From assembly GCA_951406725.2 (NCBI GenBank), contig OX597818.1:109492001-109556000 (forward strand): a DNA stretch of 64,000 nt. Direction: 5' to 3'. The DNA is from Octopus vulgaris (lineage: Eukaryota). Shown here piece by piece: positions 52,827-64,000 of this stretch; position 1 is the first letter of the stretch; each line of letters begins with the position of its first letter. Below the pieces are notes generated by a model. It saw nothing but the letters and a program-made list of their open reading frames with translations. It was not told the origin of the DNA and did not search any database. Both the position numbers and the translations under genes were made by a program.

Positions 52827-53279
52827 GAGGTTTCCCCTCCAAAATTTTCAATTTAAGGTGGTGAAAAGATCCTGTAATTTTTTCAATTACGTTCTGTTTC
52901 ATCCATTTTCTAATTTAATTTATTTTTTCTAATTTATGTCTTATGTAATTGAGAATTATTGTCTAAATAAAACTTCCTGTTTGGTTTCTAAAAAATAAAA
53001 ATCATATCCTATCACAAAGAAGCTGACCTTGTGTCTTTAACCGCAAATAAATAAATGATTCATGTTATTTTAACCTTGCGATAAAAATCTTTGTGTGATC
53101 ATTGGATGAAATAGAAACGGCAGCAAATAATATAATCACGCCCTCTTATTTTAAACAACAATAAGAACTCAGAAATGCATGACAACATCGCAGACTATTC
53201 CTCTTAACTGCACCGAAAATATTCCTATTAGAAATGAGTTGAACGTAGCACAAAGTGCAAATAAAAAGTAAACCAAACC

Positions 53280-53504
53280 TATTCCTTTACTACCCACAAG
53301 GGGCTAAACACAGAAGGGACAAACAAGGACAGACGAACGAATTAAGTCGATTACATCGACCCCAGTGCGTAGCTGATACTTAATTTATCGACCCCGAAAG
53401 GATGAAAGGTAAAGTCGACCTCAGCAGGATTTGAACTCAGAACGTAACGGCAGACGAAATACTGCAAAGCATTTCGTCCGGCGTGCTAACGATTCTGCCA
53501 GATC
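53280..53504 (-). mobile_element. Meta-type SINE with 23-bp TSD
   Basis: GCAAATAAAAAGTAAACCAAACC at 53257-53279 and 53505-53527. Confidence 0.9.
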
Positions 53505-53772
53505 GCAAATAAAAAGTAAACCAAACCGACATTATCGACGTTTAGCAAAGTGAAAGTGGTTCATTAAACAGGAATATCTTCCTTAATGACCGACTAATTA
53601 GCTATAAAGCAGAATGTAAAAGAAGCACGTTTGGAAATAGTTCCAGGAACCTTCTTTTCTAATTGGTTACACGACGTTTTAATTTTTGGAAATTAATCTC
53701 ATGTGACACTAAAAGTTGCACATTCGGTCGAAGTCCATTCATCCCGGAACTTCAGTTCACTTCTGCAGTTTA

Positions 53773-53893
53773 ATGTTATTCCACAACAAACTCTTGATGT
53801 CATCCGCGATGTTATGGTTTTATCTCAGCTCGATATTTTTGGGCCTAACGTTCGTTCCAGCGATTGCTCAGAATATTACACATATTTTTGAAG
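53773..53893 (+). CDS. TM7SF3: TM7SF3 first coding exon, signal peptide (MLFHNKLLMSSAMLWFYLSSIFLGLTFVPAIA-QNITHIFE); start could be a later Met
   Basis: Hydrophobic signal peptide with an AIA|Q cleavage-like site. Donor GAAG|GTGAGA is phase 1, compatible with the exon at 59557. Confidence 0.75.
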
Positions 53894-54095
53894 GTGAGAT
53901 CGAATAATATATATTTTCTTTTATTTACTGCAGAAATATAACAAATGATTTCTCTCCCGGAATACGCAAATATTTATGTCAATTAGACGGATTTGATCGG
54001 GATTTAATTATAACCAAAGCAACAAGAATTCTCACTTCACAAATTTAACGATTATTTCAAAATGTTTACATCGGGAAATTATCTACACACAAGAG

Positions 54096-54340
54096 GGCAC
54101 TACTTGAGAACAGTGGTCCCGGTGCGCGCACTCTCGTACTCGCGCATCCGCGCTAGCTAGTCATGACTAGTCGATCCTTTGTATTTTTGTGTGTTATTTA
54201 CTTTGTTTAAAAAATTATTTACTTTGTGTTTTATTTACTTTGCTGGGTAGTCGTTGTAGGATCGACTAGTCACGACTAGTTAGCGCGGATGCGCGACTAC
54301 GCGAGTGCGCGCACCGGGACCACTGTTCTCAAGAAGTACC
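54096..54340. mobile_element. GC-rich MITE with ~80-bp TIRs (possibly Merlin-like)
   Basis: GGCACTACTTGAGAACAGTGGTCCCGGTGCGCGCACTC... mirrored at the right end; flanks ACACAAGAG and AGAGAAGAG. Confidence 0.85.
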
Positions 54341-55339
54341 AGAGAAGAGGAGTGTCGGATGTTGTGTTGTTTATGTCTTTTTCCTTCGCCTTTTGTCTTT
54401 AAAGAAAATATTTCTCCTTTGTTTATCTTTAATTGTATTTCTGACAATCGACTCCAGCCTTGAAATTGTGTTGACAGTAAAAGGAGGAAATTCGTTTCAT
54501 GGTTTTATCCCTGTTCTCAGGTTGTACATTTACCTGTAATCATTCAAAAATCATCACTTGATTTTTGGGTACTCAATATCCAACCAATTTCACTAGATTT
54601 CTATTTTTTCCTCCACTCATCAGTCCCGCGGGTGGGGTTCTTCTTCCTCTGAATATTCTATGGAATTGTCTCCGATTCATTGAATTCTCCACGGTTCACT
54701 TTCAATTGGAGTAAACGTTACGGATAGATGTTTATTGCTATTGTTTAGCCCAGGCCAGTTCTGATCCAGCCATCCTGATGATCAAAGGCTTTCCAGCCTC
54801 GATCAATTTTCTTTTTTAAAAAAAAAATCTTTTAACACTGTCCATTATGTTTTCCCATTTTTAAGACAGTCAGGAGTGATATTGAACGTCTGTAGAAGGC
54901 GACTTAGATATTGCTTTGGGCGTGTAGAGTGAGCGATTGCTTGTAAGTTCCTGATGGCAGTTCACGTATGAATACCATCAAAGCAGATCGGGATTCATTA
55001 TATAAACCACATAAAAGTGGACAGGAACAACAAATTAGAAAGGACAGGGAACAAAAATTTATCTGTGAAAGGTGGTTAAAAGCTGGGTACTGTGGTAACA
55101 CTAGGCAAAATCAGGAGGAAGTTATGAAAACAAACGAAAGTGAAAAATGTGACAGCAAGTACAAGTGCGTGAATTGCTTTTAACATTTATCGACGATAAA
55201 TCAATTTGAAATTACATATTTTTGTTGTTAATCTCTTGTACCTAATAGTAAATTTCATTTTCTCTCCACCCACCACGATATGAATCAGGTTCGAAAGCTG
55301 ATTGATAGCTTGTGTTAGAGGCATACCACACAGTTGTGA

Positions 55340-55866
55340 CCCCCACCGATCTTGTTTCCTCATAACTTTTAGAAAATATGGGTATATTTTTTAATGTAGC
55401 TTTCTACAGATATCTTTCACAGTTCGTACATAACTGTTAGATCGGAGTTTTATGTGAAAAGAAAAAAAAATAAGGTCATACACACACACACATACCAACA
55501 TACATCACAGTTATTTTCAAAATTTTAAGTTTCATTTTGTAGATATCAGTTTGATATGTGTCATTATGTATGTCTCCACTCCCACCAATTTTTTTTTTTA
55601 TTATTATTAACTTCCAATGTAATCATAATCTGAAAGGTATTTGTAGAACATTTCATAAAAAATACCTATTTTCCCGAAAGTTATGAGGAAACTAAAGTCC
55701 ATTTGTGTGAATTTTCCGAAACTCTTCTCACGGAAAACATTTTTTTTTTTTTACTACGAATTTTGATATTAGAATCTACACAATCTGAAGCCTATTTGTG
55801 GAAAATTTCATTGAAAAATATCCATTTTTTCTGAAAGTTATGAGGACACAAAGTCGTGGTGGGGGG
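55340..55866. mobile_element. Old non-autonomous DNA transposon with ~45-bp imperfect inverted ends
   Basis: CCCCCACC..TTGTTTCCTCATAACTTTTAGAAAA versus TTTTCTGAAAGTTATGAGGACACAA..GGTGGGGG. Confidence 0.55.
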
Positions 55867-56145
55867 ACCCCCTCAGTATGGATGCCATGTGAGAAACGGC
55901 TGTAATGGTTGTGTTCGTAATAATGGTTGTAGGCAGGCAGAAGCTGGAAGAATTGTTAGCATGCTGGGCGAAATGCTTAGAGGTATTTCATCCGTCTTTA
56001 CGTTCAGAGTTCAAATTCTGCCAATGTCAACTTTGCCTTTCATCCTTTTGGGGTCGATAAATTAAGTACAAGTGAAACACTGGAGTTGATGTAATTGACT
56101 ATTCCCCTTCCTCAAATTTCAGGCCTTGTGCTTCTGTAGAAAAGA

Positions 56146-56182
<37 letters not shown>

Positions 56183-56229
56183 TATTATTATTATAGATGT
56201 CGCACAGTATATAATATTGTGAGGATGTT

Positions 56230-56750
56230 TGGTTAAAGATATTGTGCCTACCAGGAGTTTGTACTGTTTGTCAAGTCACAACAAGGACCTCAGACAGACA
56301 GAACTTTGCACAATATGCGTGCTGTCCCAAGTAATGCCAATTTTTGCAATACATCTAGATTGTAGGGTATTTCTAAAGTATCCAGATGTTTTTTCAGACT
56401 GGGTGGTATTGAACCCAGTGCTCCAATGACAACTGGGATAACCTTTCTTTTCAACTTTCGTAGCTGTCAATCTTAGCAATCTCAATTCTCACATCTCCCT
56501 ATTTATCAACTTTTTCTTTTTCTTTCATGATGATGTGTTAATCTTTTGGTACTGCTAAATCGATTATTAGGCACTCTAGTTTGTCCTTCCTAAAGGTTAC
56601 TATATCTGGCCTTTGGAAATCAAAGTCCCAAAGGATTTTTGCCTTCCCCTTTTCGTCCAGTACCTTTTCTGGTGTATGTTGGTACCAAGCATCCATAACC
56701 TCATATCCATACTTATGGCATGGAAATAAGGTTACAGGTGCTTAGTACCA
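56230..56750 (-). mobile_element. R4/Dong-clade LINE 3' remnant in (ATT)n
   Basis: DFDFQRPDIV..CLIIDLAVP, VIPVVIGALGSIP, LQKLALLGTAHIL.KVL. Confidence 0.8.
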
Positions 56751-56774
56751 ACATTATTATTATTATTATCATCA

Positions 56775-58284
56775 TCATACTATAATGGGTGTAATATCCA
56801 TCCATCCATCCATCTGTACTCACATCAATGCCAAACGGTTGGGCCGATTGGCATGAAACTTTGTAGGGGTGTTTTTTTTGGGGGGCGGGGGTCTCTAGGG
56901 TGGTTTATATATAGGTTTAGTCCCTCCTCTAACCCCTATTTTCAGAGAAACTCCATCGAGGTAAGTTTGGTAGAAGGAATAGGGTTGCCTATACCCTTCT
57001 AAAGGGACATGCTTGACATCCTCCTTCTGCTCCAACCACCTCTGCCCCCACCCCACCCAACCCCTTCTCCCTCTATTGAGTAATATTGTCAAATGAAGTA
57101 ACTTTGGCAAATATGGGGCTCCTACACTGAATGTTAGAGTCAGATCTCTCCTTTAGAACACATGAACAGTTTCGAAACATTGTTTACAAAATAACAGCTG
57201 ATCATTTACGAAGGAGCGTGTCCACTGTCAACACTTTTGGATTTTTGCTCTGGTAACTTTTCCTTACTATGTATCATACTACGATGTATACACGTCAATT
57301 AAAATGTAACAAAAGATTTTTTTTATGTTGCTCATTTATTATTTTATTCGTGTCAGATGATGACACCAAAATGTAAGTTGTCATTCGGGAGAAAAACCAG
57401 AAATGCTGTTTCTACCTGTAGGACTCGATCGGATGAAGCGTACAGCCAAGCCGAACAAGAAAGAGATACAGAAGCACGGAGTGTAAAGCGCCAAAATATA
57501 GAAGTGAGAGAGTCTGAGCAACAAAGAAATACCTCAGCACGTTGATTGTGTAGGCTAGATCCGGCCATCAGAGATGAGAACAATACTGCAGCAGGTCAAT
57601 CAAGAAGTTCTCCTACAGTTGGAGTTAGCGAACAAACCTATAACACTCAAGCACGACTGCGAGCTAGGCAAGCGCAATTGCAAGTCGAAGATGATGAGTT
57701 ACAAGATATTTCCCTCGCGAATAGTGAAATCAATGAAATGATCACAGATTATAATTTAATTGCAGTGCAAGATAGATTTTGACGAAAATAAGATCCCAAT
57801 ATCACACCGGTCTCACAGCTGTGGCAGTTTGGGAGATTATGAAATGTCCGTTTATACCTCGGATACCTCTGATGTCTTCAGATAATCAATTTCCATTTCA
57901 GTTACGATGTAGGCAGTTTCCTATCAAATTAGTCTTCTCCTTTATGGCCAACAAATCTCAGGGCCAGACTTTGGATCACATCAGTGTGTTTCTACCCTCT
58001 CCCATGTTCACGCACGGCCAGCTGTATGCCGCAATGAGTAGGGCAACAGATTCAGCTAATTTGAAACTTAGTTGTGGACAAACGGAGAATATTGTTTACA
58101 AAGAGGTTTGTAAAGATGGCATCATGAATGTGTTATGTAAATGTTTACATATATATTGTTCAATAAGGTACACTTACATAGTTTGTCATTAAGTATAATG
58201 AATAAAAATAAGTACATTACAACTTAAACTGTCTCGATTTGCACCCTGTTCTTGTCACCCATCTTAGATGGGTAAGTTTGCTAG
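56775..58284 (+). mobile_element. Internally deleted Helitron retaining both termini, the N-terminus and the PIF1 helicase C-terminus
   Basis: 5' A|TCATACTATAAT; 3' hairpin ACCCATC-TTA-GATGGGT then CTAG|T; IPRIPL..FPFQLRCRQFPIKL.F..NKSQGQTL..FTHGQLYAAMSR..TENIVYKEV. Confidence 0.9.
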
Positions 58285-58304
58285 TTATTATTATTATTAT
58301 TATT

Positions 58305-58847
58305 GAGTGAGAGAGCAGCGCATGTCATCAAAGTGACACTGGGGTAAAATATACGAAGCCCATTATACCCATCATGACTACTTGTCTGATAAGGGTACAC
58401 CAGACGCATGCGTCACAACCATGTGTGCGCGACATGGTGATCTCATATCAAAATAAACAGCACATGACCTTGCAGGTGGGGCCCAGTTAGAATTTTCTTC
58501 TGGTCGAGTAACCCATCCCACTGAAAAGGTCTGTGAATAAGGATTGTTTAAGGATGTTGAACGAACCATTAATGTTTCCAGAGGTGAATTATCCAAACCT
58601 CTAAGAATTCCTCTCAACACATGGCTATGATGCTCCCCAACTACTTCTGCTTGTGATCAGAGATGCACATATCGTCAACCACCAAGGGACATGCTCAACT
58701 GATTAAGGTCAAGCAAATTTGTGGTATTGAGCAGAATATTTGCTGTATCCCATCTTTTATACCAAGACAAAACAATGTACATGATAACACTTCCACTCAG
58801 TTAAGATCAGAAGCCATGAGAGCCACTGCCTGGTACTGCATCAGGGC
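58305..58847 (-). mobile_element. Non-autonomous (AAT)n-inserted element, copy 2
   Basis: Reverse complement of 43724-44261. Confidence 0.8.
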
Positions 58848-59084
58848 ATTTATTATTATTATGATTATAAATGATATATTGTTAATAATGGAGATGGTTA
58901 TGAAAGTAGTAATGATAGTGGTATTGTAATTAGTAACAGCATTGAAAGTAGTCGTTATTTTGAGTAATGATGCCAGTGGGATTGGTGGTGACGTCAATGG
59001 TGGCCTGACACTGAAATTAGTTTAACACTAATTCTAAATCATGTATAACTGTCCTGGTTGAATAAATATATTATGCTGGTGTGA

Positions 59085-59520
59085 TCATGTGATGCATATT
59101 AACAAGGACAGCTGTGTAAAGTAGTGCCAATCTCTAACTGTGGAGGGAATCTGTGGTAGAGGTAGACTCAGGAAGACATGGGACAAAGCATGATCTTTGA
59201 ATGTTGGGCCTCACAGAGGCAATGACTACTGACCAAGACCTTTGGCAATATGCTGTGCTTGAGAAGACTTGTCAAGCTAAGGGAAATCATAGTTGTGGAT
59301 GATGCTGGTGTCACGTAAGTGGCACTCATGCCAGTGGCATGTAAAAGGCACCTTTTGAGCATTGTGCCTCATGGAGGCACAATGGCTGATGCTGGTGGCA
59401 TGTGAAAAGCACCCTATGAGTGTTGGGCCTCATGGAGGCAATGACAAATGGCAGACCTTTGGCATTATGCCATTCTTGAAAAGAGGACCCATCAAGCCAT
59501 GAGAAATGATAGTCATGGCA
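59085..59520 (+). mobile_element. RTE ORF end and rearranged 3' UTR fragment
   Basis: Homologous to 28310-28660. Confidence 0.7.
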
Positions 59521-59556
59521 CCGATATATTAATATTTCTTTTTTTTTCTCTTTCAG

Positions 59557-59865
59557 ATGGTACAACCACAGTAACAATTGATGAGCCCCTGTATATTTAC
59601 ATACATAAAGGGGTCAAGTCTCAGATTCTAAAAGTTAACGATATTAATGAAGCAGAAAGCTTTCTTATCTGTGAGGTGCACAGTGTTCGAGGCAATTTGA
59701 CCCTTTCTTTGACTGAAGTACCTTTTGAGGATGAAGCTGTTAGAGGAAGAAATCTTGGTGTGGTTACCATTCTGAAACCAGAACAAGACACGGCTGAATG
59801 GTTTCTCTATACAAACAACTTTACTGGTATTGCCTTGATTTATGTCAAGGCTTATACACAAAATG
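59557..59865 (+). CDS. TM7SF3: TM7SF3 (transmembrane 7 superfamily member 3) exon 2, N-terminal extracellular region
   Basis: Strong acceptor TTTTCTCTTTCAG| and donor AATG|GTGAGT, 309 nt, phase 1-1. ESFLICEVHSVRGNLTLS...LGVVTILKPEQDTAEWFL resembles human TM7SF3 VTFLIFQIHSQYQNTTVS...SGLVFILRPEQSTCTWYL (recalled alignment). Confidence 0.82.
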
Positions 59866-60101
59866 GTGAGTTCAGAATTATGTCATTGCTATTCTGTTGT
59901 ATATAAAAAGAAGGTAGACGTACATTGTATGACATCTGCTTTATAATGTTTTTCTTGTTATAGTTGATGTGTACGTGTGTGAAAGAGAGAAAACAACGAA
60001 TGCTCATCTCTAATGAATAACATAGAGATGCAAGATGTATGTTTGGGTTTTGTCCCATTGCATGGCACCTTGGGCAAATGTTTTCTACTATATATATGAT
60101 A

Positions 60102-60476
60102 CTAGCAGTATCGCCCGGCGTTGCTCGGGTTTGTAAGGGAAATAACTATAAAGCATTTTTAGAGAGTTATAGCCAAAAAATATGGAAAAAAAATTATGGT
60201 AAATTTTTTTTTAGTTAAAACGGTCGAGTTGCGTCCCCTAGACAGTCTGTGGTTTGTGTTTCTGATTCTCGACCCCCTGTCGAATTTATCGATTTTTTTT
60301 TTAGAACTGGGGGAACTTTTCAAAATTTTCTCTGTGTTAGTTTTGAATTATGACATTGGGCTATGTGTGTGTCAAGTTTCATCAGAATCGGTTGAAAGCC
60401 GTGGTCAGGGTGAGGGTACAACCTAACAGACACACAGAAACACACACAGACAAACTGCCGTTTATATAGAGAGAGA
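60102..60476 (-). mobile_element. Short non-autonomous Helitron
   Basis: 3' CTAG with hairpin CCCG..CGGG; 5' TCTCTCTCTATATAAA followed by (TG)-rich sequence; inserted at an A|T site. Confidence 0.75.
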
Positions 60477-60543
60477 TATGTGTGTGTGTATATATGTACA
60501 TATATCATCGTCGTTTAACGTCCGTTCTCCATGCTAGCATGGG

Positions 60544-60585
<42 letters not shown>

Positions 60586-60800
60586 ATAATAATAATATAA
60601 ATAATATATATATGCATATATACATACATATATGTTAATACCTACATATATATGTATATATACATGCATATATGGGTACAGGACGTCAAAAAAACGAGAA
60701 CATAAAAAAACAAAAAACTGGAAAATGAACTTTTTTTCAAACAACGAAAGAAACAAATAGAGAAATGAAGCAGGCAACATAAAGAACAATCCCTTCATCA

Positions 60801-60973
60801 AAGCCAAAGGATTGGTACTTTGACCAAATCCGAAACCTTGCAGATTGTTGGCAGAAGGTCGTGAAAAATGATAGTCTTTATTTTGAAGAATAGTTGTTGT
60901 TGTTTTTGAATAATTTCTTGTATTAAAGAGCATTATTTCAAGATGGTGCGCAAACTTTTTCTTCGACCTGATA
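60801..60973 (+). mobile_element. Mariner 3' end (transposase C-terminus plus TIR)
   Basis: KPKDWYFDQIRNLADCWQKVVKNDSLYFEE* followed by GCGCAAACTTTTTCTTCGACCTGATA. Confidence 0.75.
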
Positions 60974-61192
60974 TAATACAGAATCATATCAGATGCTTGT
61001 TGCTTTTGATTTTGATGAGAAAATATAACTGTTAAACCATAAATTTTAGATAGCACGATTTTTCTTTGTAAATCGAAGATCAACTTTCATAACCTCAGAT
61101 CCAGTTAAACCTACAGTTTTTTGGAAGTGTAAAAAAAGGATGACATCGGGCTATTGCATGGGTCACACTTCTGCCACCAATATAAAGCATCT

Positions 61193-61595
61193 AAGGCGGC
61201 GAGCTGGCGGAAATGTTAGCACGCCGGGCGAAATGCTTAGCAGTATTTCGTCTGCTGTTACATTCTGAGTTCAAATTCCGCCCAGGTCGACTTTGCCTTT
61301 CATCCTTTCGAGGTCGATTAAATAAGTGCCAGTTACGCACTGGGGTCAATATAATCGACTTAATCCGTTTGTCTGTCCGTGTTTGTCCCCTCTGTGTTTA
61401 GCCCCTTGTGGGTAGTAAAGAAATAGGTATTTCGTCTCTCTTTACGTTCTGAGTTCAAATTCTGCCGAGGTCAACTTTGCCTTTCATCCTTTTCGGGGTC
61501 GATTAAATAAGTACCAGTTACACACTGGGGTCGATATAATCGATTTAATCCCTTTGTTCTTGTTTGTCCCCTCTTTGTTTAGCCCATTGTGGGCA
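61193..61595 (+). mobile_element. Meta-type SINE followed by a 5'-truncated second unit
   Basis: Same family as 17608-17842; body repeated from 61427. Confidence 0.85.
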
Positions 61596-62524
61596 ATAAA
61601 TATAAGGCATCTTATTTTGATATTTGGTCTGAATATATATTTATATCCCTGGCGACTATATTTTCTGCTACTTGACCCCTTACACTTACCTAATTGACAA
61701 AATTAACGACAAGATGGTTGAAATCTTCATAGATACAGCTCATCAGAAAACGTTAAATTAATCAATTGAAACACATATTCCGAACTTAATAGATTCTGGA
61801 TTATTAAATATTCTGTATCATTGGAAAGACTTTACATAGACTTTCTAGCAGTTGGGAGCTTTGTCAGTTTACCCAAGATCCCATTAATGTTAACGAATGG
61901 TGTAGGAACACAGGCTATATATATTTAAAGAGAAATGGTCAGCGACGGAGCCAAGTGATTCGTCGTGCACACAGAGTTGTCTCCCATCCATCCCTGGACT
62001 GAAAGTATTTCCAGTTTTTAATGTTCTTTGCTTAAAATATTTTTAACAATAAGGCGCTAACATACATAATATGCACCTTGAATTTGGGGCCTCAATTGAT
62101 GCCAACCACTCCAAGAGTGTAATCGGTGCTTTTACGAGCCACCAGCACGGGTGCCATTTGCGTGACACCAGTATCTGATTACGAGATAGAAAGAAGGTGG
62201 AATGTTAATCAGTGCCAAACTTAGAGCCGTTATACTTACTTTTGTTTTCCTCGCATTGCAACAAATCCGGGTTGATGACGGTCGGGACATAAGCGGCAGA
62301 TGTCAGAATGCCATTTCTCGATTGTGTAACAACGAGATTCACCACTGCACTGACACAAGGATAAGAAACCAGATTCAACTCGGATTTCTCAATGTTGTTG
62401 TTATGTATTAACTTCACCGTAGTTATTTTTGTTGTTGTTGTTGTTTACTTTGTAAAACAGTAAGGTGAGAGGGTTACAAGCACATCACCCTCTACGCACA
62501 TTTTTCCCATCCACATCTTTACCA

Positions 62525-62930
62525 TATCATCATCATTGTTCCACCGTGGTCGAGACAATGGAATTTACTAAGTTACGCCAGACTTCACGGTCCATCATAG
62601 CATTACGGAGGTCCTGTTGCTGGATGCCTGTATCCCTGGAGATTACATCAGGGTAGGAGAGTGTGCGCCCTCTAGTATCGCGAGCAGATGGCTTCCAGAA
62701 GAGAAGAGTAGAAATTACTTCGTCTTCAGCTCTACAACAATGTCCAGCAAACTGGATTCTTCTACCTTTCACAAGAGATGTTACAGGTGGTAATTTCCCA
62801 TATATTTGTACTTTGGTTGGATGATGCTTCCACGAGAGATTTTGAGCTCTCATAAGGAGGCGAGTGTAGGTTCCATCCAACCACCTCTCAAGCTGCTTTG
62901 ATAACGTCCAGGTTTCAGAGCCATAAGGGG
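62525..62930 (-). mobile_element. RTE/RTEX-like LINE 3' end with (TGA)n tail
   Basis: YGSETWTLSK..LDGTYTRLL..RRIQFAGHC.R..LLFWKP..AMMDREVWR. Confidence 0.85.
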
Positions 62931-64000
62931 CCCTAACAAAATCCAATAATAGTTATAGAACAAATCTATCTAATTACTTGTCTCCTTCTAAAATCAGGCA
63001 TAATTTAGCAATTGATTGACTAACAACACCATTCTTCATCTTGAGTTTACCTGGTAGAATGTGTTTGTTAACTTGACAAGGTCGAGGTGAGCTCTGATTG
63101 GCTGTATGCAAATGAGTTCATTACTGGGGTCCAGAACTCTCGTGCGAAAAGATAACATTTTGCGAGCTGGCCAGCTTTAGTTTTATTGTTGGTGTTGGAG
63201 GACATAAACCTCATCAATGGATGGTCTCAGTTGTGATCTATGCAATTCAGTGGATGCTTCCTCAATGATGACAACCTTTGCAACAACAGTAAAAGGGGGA
63301 AAAAATTAAGACAAAACAAATTGCTGATTAGTCCAAGTCATCTCTGACTTTGCTAGAAATAGCAGTCATAACTTCCTTAGATTGAATTTTACTGTCTTAT
63401 AAAGAAGATACGTAAGTACATGTTTTTTCAGATAAGTCACAGACATTCACAATTGTAAGATTGATTCCTGGTGGCCCCTTGTGTCCTTGGGCAAGATACT
63501 TTAATTTCATGTTACTCCAGTCAGATCCGTTGATAGATATGAGGAGTAGCTGTATGTCAAAGGGCCAGCCTTTGACATCACATTCTGCGTCACACTGAAA
63601 TCTTCCTGAGAACTACATTAAGGATAAGCTTGTCTGTGGAGTACTCAGCCACATGCATGTTAATTTCACAAGCAGGCTGTTTCTTTGATTGGATCAACTT
63701 GAACAATCATTGTCATAACCAACAGAGTAGCAATAAAGAAATGCATCTATTGCCAGTTCCACCTGACTGGCCCCTATGCCGGTGGCACATAAAAAGCACC
63801 ATTCGAGTGTGGTTGATGCCAGTACGGCCAGACTAACCCCCGTGCTGGTGGCCCATAAAAAGCACCCACTACACTCTCAGAGTGGTTTGCATTAGGAAGG
63901 GCATCCAGCTGTAGAAACACAGCCAGATAAGATTGGAGCCTGGTGCAGCCTCCTGGCTTGCCAGTCCTCAATCAAATCATCCAACCCATGCCAGCATAGA

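Overview
AT-rich, repeat-dense animal genomic DNA. The SINE, RTE, Penelope and Helitron content and microsatellite load suggest a coleoid cephalopod such as Octopus (inferred). Two spliced host genes sit head-to-head. On the minus strand is the 5' end of Greatwall kinase (MASTL): a probable non-coding exon near 40.6 kb, an ATG exon at 36086-36196 and an exon encoding IPQIEDFSFIKPISRGAFG at 34969-35024, followed by an intron that seems to run off the window. On the plus strand is TM7SF3: a signal-peptide exon at 53773-53893 and exon 2 at 59557-59865. The rest is mostly transposon-derived: RTE LINE fragments and their abundant 3' tails with a structured internal minisatellite, R4/Dong-, HERO/NeSL- and CRE-like LINE remnants, Penelope-like fold-backs with decayed hammerhead ribozymes, Helitrons (one with both termini), mariner/Tc1 fragments, MITEs and several tRNA-derived SINE families. 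Most ORF-track entries are microsatellite or repeat artefacts. I found no convincing wholly new system. The most unusual observations are a near-perfect 256-bp-arm palindrome, a SINE flanked by a ~148-bp direct repeat, a candidate 3-nt microexon or recursive splice site in MASTL, an (AAT)n-targeting non-autonomous element and the tandem hairpin/pseudoknot modules in the RTE 3' UTR. Repeat boundaries are approximate unless termini or TSDs are quoted.
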